From assembly GCF_001194135.2 (NCBI RefSeq), contig NC_068981.1:138098979-138154754 (forward strand): a DNA stretch of 55,776 nucleotides, read 5' to 3'. Of the stretch, positions 37,605-47,526 are shown in pieces. Each line of letters starts with the position of its first letter. Within the stretch, counting starts at the first letter, position 1. Both the position numbers and the translations under genes were made by a program. Origin of the DNA: Octopus bimaculoides (taxonomy: Eukaryota). The notes under the pieces are model-generated. The model worked only from the letters and a program-made list of their open reading frames with translations. It did not search any database and was not told where the DNA came from.

Positions 37605-40051
37605 CACCAGTTCAGAAAAAGAACCACAACAGAGATAATTTTGGGAAATCCATACAACATAGACATCATGGATCGAGTGACGATCATCATTACAAAAAGG
37701 AAAAACCAGCAGCATCACCAACAGAATCAGTAACAAACAACACAAAAATAAGTAATACAAGGAAAACATCAACAGAATCTACCTTAGAGAAATTACCAGG
37801 AACATCAAGACACCTGAAACCAGGATCTGTCAGATCTACAAACACATTACCAGAGCTTACAACACGGGTACCGTCATCAACAATATCAAGACGATCGTCA
37901 ACGTATGGAACATCAGCATACGGTTCATCAACAGGAATATTAGTACCAGTAGATACGACGGTGTACGACACACCAACTATACCAACACAGAAGCCAACGT
38001 ATGGCATATCAGAAGAGATATCAACACACAACATATCTATATACGATCCGGCAACGTATAACTCATCTACAGACAACTCGTCAACATATGACCCAGCGAC
38101 ATATACATCACCAACAGACTCAGCAATATATGACATCTCACCGTATGACATATCAGCATACGACACGCAAACACACAACACTTCAAAGTACAATATTTCA
38201 TCGATATACAACGCAGCAGCAATAAACACATCATACGACATAGACTCATCGACTTACGGCACACCTGAATATGAAATATCAAGATATGAAACTTCAACGT
38301 ATGATATATCAACTTACGAATCATCAATATACGACATCACCCCGTACAAAACGTCGACTGACTCTTTACTGTATGACATACTGACACATACAACGACGTA
38401 CGAAGCACCAACATATGACATTGCAACATACGAAACATCAATATACAACCTATCAACGTACAACATAACGTACAACGTATCAACATACAATACATCAACA
38501 ACATATGATGAGTCAACATATGACCACNNNNNNNNNNNNNNNNNNNNNNNNNNNNNNNNNNNNNNNNNNNNNNNNNNNNNNNNNNNNNNNNNNNNNNNNN
38601 NNNNNNNNNNNNNNNNNNNNNNNNNNNNNNNNNNNNNNNNNNNNNNNNNNNNNNNNNNNNNNNNNNNNNNNNNNNNNNNNNNNNNNNNNNNNNNNNNNNN
38701 NNNNNNNNNNNNNNNNNNNNNNNNNNNNNNNNNNNNNNNNNNNNNNNNNNNNNNNNNNNNNNNNNNNNNNNNNNNNNNNNNNNNNNNNNNNNNNNNNNNN
38801 NNNNNNNNNNNNNNNNNNNNNNNNNNNNNNNNNNNNNNNNNNNNNNNNNNNNNNNNNNNNNNNNNNNNNNNNNNNNNNNNNNNNNNNNNAACGAAAGATC
38901 TATTTTATTACGTAGTGTCAGAATATGGCACCTCAACAGAGACATCAACATACGATCCATTGATAGAATCGTCAACATACAACACCTCAACAACATACAA
39001 CATAACAACAAACACGTCAACATACGATTACTCAACATACGCAACATCAACTTACGGCACATCAGCATACGATACACTCCCTTACGATACATCAACACAC
39101 CATGTAGCAACCTATGGCACACCAGCGTACAACATATTCGCCGACGATGTATCACCGTATTACACATCAGCAGAGACATCAACATACGAAACGTTGCCAC
39201 AATCATCTACATACAACTCGTCAACGTACAACACATCAACAGGATACGACATAACAAACACATCTGCCTATGATGCAACAACATATGGTTTCTCAACAAC
39301 ATACGGTATATCAAATTACGACGAACAATCTTACAAATCGACATCGTACGATATATTTGAATACGATAGTTTGGACTACGATGCATCAATATATGATACA
39401 TCAACAGAGACTTCAACATATGACACGTTAACAGAAATTTCAACATACAATACGTCAAGATACAATATATCAACGACATACAACATAGCAACAAACTCAT
39501 CAATATATGACACATCAACATACGGTACATCTACATATTCAACATATAACGCATCAACTTACTACCCACCAATGTATGATTCATCGAAATACGATGCTTC
39601 AACTTACGACACGCCAACTTACGACTTGTTCGGGTACGACGAATCAACATACGGCACATCTCTATATGATACATCAACATACGACATATTAAGTAAAACA
39701 ACAACAAACGACACATCAAAGTATAATACATCAACGGCCATATATGACACATCGCAATACAATGCCTCAACATACGATACACCGAATTATATATCAACAG
39801 GAACAACGACAAAACCAGCATGGTCTACAACAGCACAAATAGGATCGACTACACAATATTACCCAAAACATCATAGACATCATAAGCAGCCCCAGAAGCA
39901 TCACAAAACTATTTGGCCAAATGGTATTGACTATGTAGATGTTAAAGCTTTCATTGTCGGACACGGTCCCACTAATAAGAACAACATAAAGAAGTCGAAG
40001 TCTAATCTATTTAAAAAACGATTGAAAACGCCTCTAAGTTCTACACATTAA
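37605..40051 (+). CDS. Main exon of a secreted, Cys-free, Thr/Ser/Tyr/Asp pentapeptide-repeat (mucin-like) protein; 362-N gap inside
   Basis: Stop-free frame on both sides of the gap (38528-38889); acceptor ttttcaattattcatag|CA at 37604/37605 in phase 1; TAA at 40049-40051, ATTAAA at 40053-40058. The ORF-track Met at 37559 lies in the polypyrimidine tract and is probably intronic. Confidence 0.8.
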
Positions 40052-41310
40052 AATTAAACAAACACTCAATGAATAAGTGCGTGCTTTGTCTACATACTGA
40101 TTTAACGTTGGTTTAACTAGTGGTTTTATTTATAGGTATCATGATTTTCATAGTAATAGTTCACTTGTTAAACTACAGTTTCAACTTCCGAGAAAGCTAA
40201 AAACAAAATTAACAAACTATAACATTACAGAAGAAATCCCCAAGACAAAACTTTTTTTAAAATGGACAAATGGTTCGACGTCCCGTTCAATAGGCGAGTC
40301 TTGCATTCTCAGTTTTTAAGTCACAGACACGAGTGTAAGAGACACGATACTGGATTTCCGGTGTCTAAACTCAGAGTTTGATCTGATGCTCTGCCAGTCT
40401 ACTGTTTGATGCAGAATATGGACGAATACACCAACCCCTATACTTCACTGATACTTTGTACCAGTATTGATTTCTAGCATTAACCGTAGATTTTTGGCAA
40501 GGAGTTTAGTCAATTAAACTGATTCCAGTACGAGACTATTATCTTATTCCATCGCTGCTGAAAGGGCGGCAGGCTCAGATGTCCTCGCAGGGGTTTGAAC
40601 TTAGAACCTAGAGAGATGTAACTAAATATCGCAATGTATTTCGTCTGCCACTCATCCGATTCTACCAATTCACCAACACTGCCCATCCAAACAGCAACAA
40701 CAATAATTATATTAACATTGATAATCATAATCTTGAATTATATTGAATATATTAAATGAAGAATAAATATTTTGGTCGGTTTATGGTTTAACTTTGTCTA
40801 CACAGCAATAAATGATAAAGAAGTCGAATTGTTTTGTTATATATTTCACCTTACCTGTTATTGTTTATTCCAAATTCAATCTTGATTCTGCAAACCTATG
40901 ATCAAAATCTTTCCGTCCGTGACCAGCTAACTCAACAACCCCTTAGAACACAATTTGTAAAGGATCACCAACTATCAATGTAGAATTATTTACAGGACAC
41001 AGAGAAACCAATATATAGTTTGCAGTTTTGGCGCTGCTATACACGTAGAACAGCAATAAAATATGAGAAATTGTAACGTTCTAGCATTCCTGGGTGTTAT
41101 TTGGATCTTCATATTTTCCCTCTTGTTTCAATAAAATAAGATCCAGCAGCTCATTGAAAGTAGTTCAGTAATTTATATCCCTGGGAGCATTGGACTTGTG
41201 TTTAGCAAAAGAAAACCAATAATATATCTATTTATACTCAATACGTTCTGGCAGACTCGCATGTTAATATGTGATCGCTGGTGTTTTTCGTTATCGGAAA
41301 ACATCTGTCA

Positions 41311-41565
41311 CCTTTAAACGATGTGTTCATAAATGTTATTCATTGATGTGAAGGACTTTGAAATACATTGGGTTTCGACTTTTTTATTTGTCCAGCCAGT
41401 CAAAGAGACCCCAAACCAAAGAATCTAAGAGTAAATTATTTTCTGATTCATACTGATGTCTACCAAACTTATAATTCATCAGGTGCACGCAGAACGGTGA
41501 GAATCCAAAAATTAGCGTATCTATTCCTTCTCAACACGTTCTAGAAGATTCTCGAACGGAAATAT
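41311..41565. repeat. Local duplication, copy 1 (paralogous to 43781-44066)
   Basis: About 250 bp near-identical to 43781-44066 apart from a ~40-bp indel and small differences. Confidence 0.85.
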
Positions 41566-43455
41566 CTGATCGTTGGTGTTCTTCGTCTTCGAAGAGAGCA
41601 TCTCCTACATTTAGATACTGTATATTCATAACGCACGCGATTCATTGATGTAAGAGGACTTTGTAAAACTGCAGTTTTTCGACCTCGTTGTATGTCTCCT
41701 TAATCAAAGTCATTCTGATGAATGTACTAACAATGATTACACATATTATTGGTTGAATTCTCGCTGTTCTTCGTGCATATCATTAATTATTCAAGGAAAA
41801 ATCAATATTCTATTAACAATAATTTTCTATAGCTTCTCTCTTATAACATTCACTATTGTATATATTTTACGAAACTTTTGTCAACAGCTAACAAGTCAAT
41901 GAGAGAAATCGCTACAGAGTCTCTTGACCTGCTAGAAATAACAGACTCGACCCTTTCTGATAGCTCCTTGTTCTCTTAGAAAAGATGGATACATTTGAAA
42001 AGATACTCTTCAATTGGGATACCGATTAATAGAGTCGTTAGAGAGCCAGATAGATTGCGTTGCGGTAATCGTTAAGGATCTCTGCCCTTTTAGTTCAAAT
42101 CACGCCTTAGTCAGCTTCTTGTTCCATTCTTTCGGAATTGATAAACCAAGTACCAGTTATGTAATGGAGTCAGCTATTTTCTTTCTCTCATGCTTTCTAT
42201 TTTTCACTTTCTGGAAGAAATAGGCTGTGACTAGACCTGGAGAAGATTAGGTTCCACCAAATCTAAAAGTGTCTAGGACGTGCCGCATATTACGATAGCG
42301 CCTCCGCGACTCTAAGAGAGATGGAGGTGCTAAGGTAAGGTATCGTATTTGAGACACTATGTTTGAATAAAAAAGAAAAACAGGATGTTTACTGGTGTAA
42401 CTAGAACTGGAATTCAACCACAAAAATATTAACCAAAAGTCACTGTTTACAAATTATGTTTGAGAATATTTGGTAATGTCTGAAAATGCTATACAGAAAT
42501 AATGTCAGTTATGTTAAGATTAAAATTGTCTCTTCCTACGTATAACGCATTATCTATTTTTATACGGATTATATCAATTCCATTCTTTGTACCAAATAAA
42601 CTGAAATTCTTATCACTAAGCAGTGAACACTTATAAGTCACACGGCTTGGGCAATTCCAATAACAACCAAGAGTGGGAAGCGCAGTTGAGGAAGAGGTAA
42701 GCAACTGCAAAATCCGAGGCAACGGTGCTGTTTTAATCGCCTATTAAATAATTATTTTACTTAAGCTATTCCTGTTCTGAGCAATGGAATGTATGCCATA
42801 TCTTCCACGTATTCACTAAAAATATAAATTGCGGTATGAGCCTCGTTGTAGAAGATTTTGAAATTTGTAAATTAATCTAACAAGAAATTACTGATGAAAA
42901 TAATTAACACATCGTTTTTATTATTACTGATGTTGTATGATGTCAAGGGTCAATGTATTTAATTCTCGTTGGCTTAGTTCAAGAAACTGTATATAGATAT
43001 ATACAATGTTGCGAGGAGTATGAAAACAGAATAATGGGCAAAGTGATTCGTTAGGTTATTAAGCTCATCCGTCTCACAGAACTGCACCAGGATAATATTA
43101 CTAACACTCACGATTTTTAACAAACTCATGCTGATGTTTAACACGCTTACATGCACACACATGCAAACACATTCTCTCATACACACGTATACACAATAGT
43201 GAAATTACACACGCGCGCAAATACACACACACACACAGTTGTATATGCTAAAAATGAATCAACAATAATTCAGTTTTTATTCAGCAGTTATCTTAAAGAA
43301 ATATTTACCCTAATCTGTATATTAAACTTTCGGGATCGATAAAATAGATATTAGTTGAACATTGGGATCGATGTAAGCGACTTGCCCACTCCCACGAAAT
43401 TGCGGGCCTTGTGCCAAATTTTGAAACCAATAACATAGCCGAATGAATTTGACAT

Positions 43456-43676
43456 TACAGTTCCAAATTTAAGAGATGAGGAATTATGAGCATTATTTAC
43501 AATTTTTACATTCAACAGATATTTCTCCTCATGTTGTTAAGACAACGTTTCGGCTGATACACCCTCCAGCCTTCTTCATGTGTCTTGGAGAAATTTCGAA
43601 GCTGGGTTCTCATTCCTAACATATTTTTCGATATTATTATTATTATCATCATTGTTGTTCAGGTCACTTGATGGAA
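43456..43676 (-). mobile_element. Inverted partial copy of the Penelope-like terminal repeat
   Basis: Reverse complement of about 44435-44609, plus a short extension. Confidence 0.8.
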
Positions 43677-43780
43677 ATGTTGGCCTTGTGTGTAGAAACT
43701 ACTTACTTCAGTATGGACACCGATATATATCGACGAGAGGAGGGTTCGGCTATAGGTTCGCCATTATCATCGGAAAACAT

Positions 43781-44066
43781 CTTTAAACGATGTGTTCATA
43801 AATGTTATTCATTGATGTGAAGGACTTTGAAATACATTGGGTTTCGACTTTGTTATTTGTCCAGCCAGTCAAAGAGACCCCAAACAAAAGAATCTAAGAA
43901 GGGTACAGATTGTCTTGTTTATAAAAAAACAAATCAGAGAGTAAATTATTTTCTGATTCATACTGATGTCTACCAAACTTCATGAGATGCACGCAGATCG
44001 ATGAGAATCCAAACATTAGCGTATCTATTCCTTCTCAAAACGTTCTAGAAGATTCTCGAACAGAAT
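43781..44066. repeat. Local duplication, copy 2 (paralogous to 41311-41565)
   Basis: See copy 1. Confidence 0.85.
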
Positions 44067-44609
44067 ACTTTGAGAATTTTGCTTTAGGAACAACACCACT
44101 AAAACCAACACTATGGCTACGATATGTTGATGACACCTTTATACTCTGGCCTCACCAGGAAGATACCCAAGTGCTGTTAGATCATGTGAACTCAATGAAG
44201 CCATCCATGCAGTTCACAATGGAAAAAGGAAAATACGAAAACTACAAGAAGCACATGTGATAGGACACAACAACCTCCTAAGCAGACTGAGTGCAGATAT
44301 GAGCAGCATATGGGAACCGGTATTAAGGAAGGATAAAAAAATATTAGATTTATAAGCCCTAAGATTCACTCCATAATTGTTCACCGGCATATGGTGTAGA
44401 GGTATAGAGCGCGGGCTACTGATTCCGAGTTCGATTCCAAGCAGTGACTAGAACAACAATGATAATAACATCGAAAAATACCTTAGGACTGAGAACCCGG
44501 GTTCAAAATTTCCCCAAGACACCTGAAGAAGGCTGGAGGGTATATCAGCCGAAACGTTGTATTAACAACAAACAAGATGAGGACAAATATCCGTTGAATG
44601 TAAATAATG
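44062..44609 (+). mobile_element. Penelope-like element, 5'-truncated and internally deleted
   Basis: EYFENFALGTTPLKPTLWLRYVDDTFILWPH...NSMKPSMQFTMEK (PLE RT, YVDD) joins IRKLQEAHVIG...LSR...IWEPVL* (GIY-YIG C-terminal-like), then the terminal repeat. Confidence 0.85.
44518..44563 (+). ncRNA. Minimal type I hammerhead ribozyme motif
   Basis: GACAC-CTGAAGA-A-GGCTG(GAGGGTATAT)CAGCC-GAAAC-GTT-GTATT: conserved core, perfect 5-bp stem II, palindromic AACGTT stem III, stem I with one mismatch. Confidence 0.6.
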
Positions 44610-44770
44610 CGAATTTGATATTTTCGACCTACTCCGTCTTATATAAAGTTTGATCTTTGTGCCGTTGTTAGAAAGAAAAACACGATATGGGAGGAAATAT
44701 TTAACGGTTGTTAGAATTTTTAAGTTTTCATGATAAATATGATTTTACAGTAAAATCGAAATGATTGAAG

Positions 44771-44833
<63 letters not shown>

Positions 44834-45473
44834 NNNNNNNNNNNNNNNNNNNNNNNNNNNNNNNNNNNNNNNNNNNNNNNNNNNNNNNNNNNNNNNNNNN
44901 NNNNNNNNNNNNNNNNNNNNNNNNNNNNNNNNNNNNNNNNNNNNNNNNNNNNNNNNNNNNNNNNNNNNNNNNNNNNNNNNNNNNNNNNNNNNNNNNNNNN
45001 NNNNNNNNNNNNNNNNNNNNNNNNNNNNNNNNNNNNNNNNNNNNNNNNNNNNNNNNNNNNNNNNNNNNNNNNNNNNNNNNNNNNNNNNNNNNNNNNNNNN
45101 NNNNNNNNNNNNNNNNNNNNNNNNNNNNNNNNNNNNNNNNNNNNNNNNNNNNNNNATATATATATATATATATATATTCTCAATCGCAGAATAATGCTAA
45201 TAATATAGCCTGAACAAGATAAACTACCCCTATTTTGCAGAGAAAAGTGTAAGTGGCTAGCTGTAGACTCGAACTCACATCCCCGTGATTACGCGTCACG
45301 ATGTTTTGACCGATTAAGCTAAACTACTCACTACAAATTACGCTGCAAATTTAAGATATATAAATCTCGCTTTATGAGACGCTCTCCTATGTTAAATTCA
45401 AATTACGACAAACGTAAATAAACAAACGAAGTTTGCTTTTAGAAGCGTTGAGATATATATATATATACATACA

Positions 45474-45530
<57 letters not shown>

Positions 45531-46238
45531 GTGTGTGTATACATATACATGTGCACGCGAGCATGTGTGTGAATATAATATAGATTCAGATTGAGTGTGA
45601 GTAACTGTGTATCCTACTGATAAGTGTACTCTTAACGTACACCTCAAGTAGTATCAACATGATAGCATGTGAAAAGACTGGACCTTTGATTTGTACAAGG
45701 CTGTGCCCCGACATCGCCACAGTCTAATGACCGAAACAAGTAAAAGATAAAAATTGACGTGGCGGGCTTCCGCACATGTTTTGTCAACTCAATTTTACTA
45801 ACAACGCTTGAGTTTTCTGAAACGCGTAGTAAAATATATCTCTTTAATATGCAATATATATATATATATAGTGTACCATTCCGTGATAGTGAGATTAGGA
45901 AAAAAAAAAAGTACTCCAACTGCTGAGAGATAAATACATATATTAACGTTTATATCATTAAATATATTACACAGTACTACCAAAATTCGATTATTTAGAG
46001 ATTTCAGGCAAAGAAAATTCCAATCTAGTCTCTTATATAGAAAATCAATCTTTTAGTACTAGAATCGAATTATGCAAATATTAATATTTTCTAAAGATTT
46101 TCATGTGATTCTTAATCGTTAAAAATTACCATTAATTCAAAGTATTTCTGTATGCATTTACAATGATCTATCCATATCTTCCTTAGAAATCCGCTTTACA
46201 TTTTTCTTTTACAGACAGACAGACAGAGAGAGAGAGAC

Positions 46239-46290
<52 letters not shown>

Positions 46291-46607
46291 TTCAGAGAAT
46301 TAACAAGGAAAATATACATACATACATACGTAATATAAGTAATATTCAGCTGTAGATTTAATGAAGGTTTCGACAATGTGCAATAAAGAAATTGGTAATC
46401 AGTAAAATTTCAGCATTCTTGAATAACATATATATATTCTATTTGTACCAAGTGATATGAAGTAAAAGGCGTGAACTGGGGCAACGTGAAATAAAGTGTC
46501 TTGCTTAAGGATACAACACATAGCCGTGAATTGAACTCACGACCTTACGATCGTGAGCCGAATATCCTAACCACTATGCCACACGCCTTCAATCCTTCGG
46601 AAGATAT

Positions 46608-46820
46608 ATCCTTTCTATTATAGGCACAAGGCCTGAAATTTGGGGGAGGAGGAAGTCGATTACATCGACCCCAGTACTCGACTAGTACTTAACTTATCGA
46701 CCCCGAAAGGATGAAAGGTAAAGTCGATCTCGGTGGAATTTGAACTCAGAACGTAACACTAGGAGAAATACCACTAAGCATTTAGCCCGACGTGCTCACA
46801 TGTCTACCAGCTCACCGCCT
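46608..46820 (-). mobile_element. SINE family B
   Basis: Reverse-strand match to the B consensus. Confidence 0.9.
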
Positions 46821-47359
46821 TACTTCGGAAGATATATCGGATAAACGTCGTACTGCTGACGGCTATTAAGCAAGAAACACTTTCTCACGACTGTCTTCGT
46901 GTTTCCAGGCAATAAGCCTCTCTATTCCTTAATGGCATATCAACTATAGAGAAGCTTTGAATCCTGAGCTTACCTCCTGTTCTTAAGTGGAACTGGTCTT
47001 AACTGCCCTTGGATTATTATGACTCTACTCTAGAACTGAGGTAATTTTGAGAAATCGAGTATTTCTCTTTATGGCATTTGATATGCCTGTATCTGTCTAT
47101 ATAAATGAAATGTACTCTTGTATTTTTCACCATTTTCAGCTTAAAGTCTTCTGGAATAAATATAAGTTCGATAAAATAAGCATCTCTGATATACTAAATC
47201 TTATTCGGTCTTGGGTGATTGTCTTTGTCATCAACAAAGAATCAACGTGTATATAAAAACCCTTCAAAGTAGTCATTTGGGCATATTTTATAGGAAAAAT
47301 AGGAATTGTAACATTTAGGTTACAACGACAGTAAAATGAATTTTGAATAGTATACTTAC

Positions 47360-47526
47360 TGTGTTCCAAACAGCGCTTGTACGTTCTTTTTTGAATCGTT
47401 CCATTTCACGATGATCTAGTGACATACTGACACACTTCCATAATAATAGTAGTAGAACCCCAACAGCAAGTATACCGCCGATTATACCACCGATTAGCAT
47501 TCTTTTATCACGTTTTTTCGTGCATT
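47360..47526 (-). CDS. Integrin beta subunit exon: TM helix and membrane-proximal cytoplasmic tail
   Basis: ttttctttacgttttcag|AA TGC...TGG AAC ACA|GTAAGT; translation (K)CTKKRDKRMLIGGIIGGILAVGVLLLLLWKCVSMSLDHREMERFKKERTSAVWNT (cf. beta1 [31 protein letters not shown]); phase-0 intron after WxT. Confidence 0.9.

Noticed and set aside
37690-39821. Several antisense and alternative-frame ORFs over the repeat exon
   Set aside because: They are shadows of a low-complexity, A/C-skewed coding repeat, with no independent splice or start support.
37605-40051. Identification as reflectin, suckerin or beak His-rich protein
   Set aside because: No Met-rich M/FD-x5-MD reflectin motif, no GGY/Ala-His-Thr suckerin modules, no GHGxY repeats.
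42489-42722. Minus ORF with YKCSLLSDKNF...KNGIDIIRIK resembling the beta-tail exon
   Set aside because: No nucleotide similarity or phase-compatible splice sites; the resemblance may be chance. A tBLASTn would settle it.
22811-45213. Long ORFs spanning N runs (about 22.8k, 27.0k, 33.2k, 34.7k, 44.7k)
   Set aside because: Their length comes from gaps translated as X.
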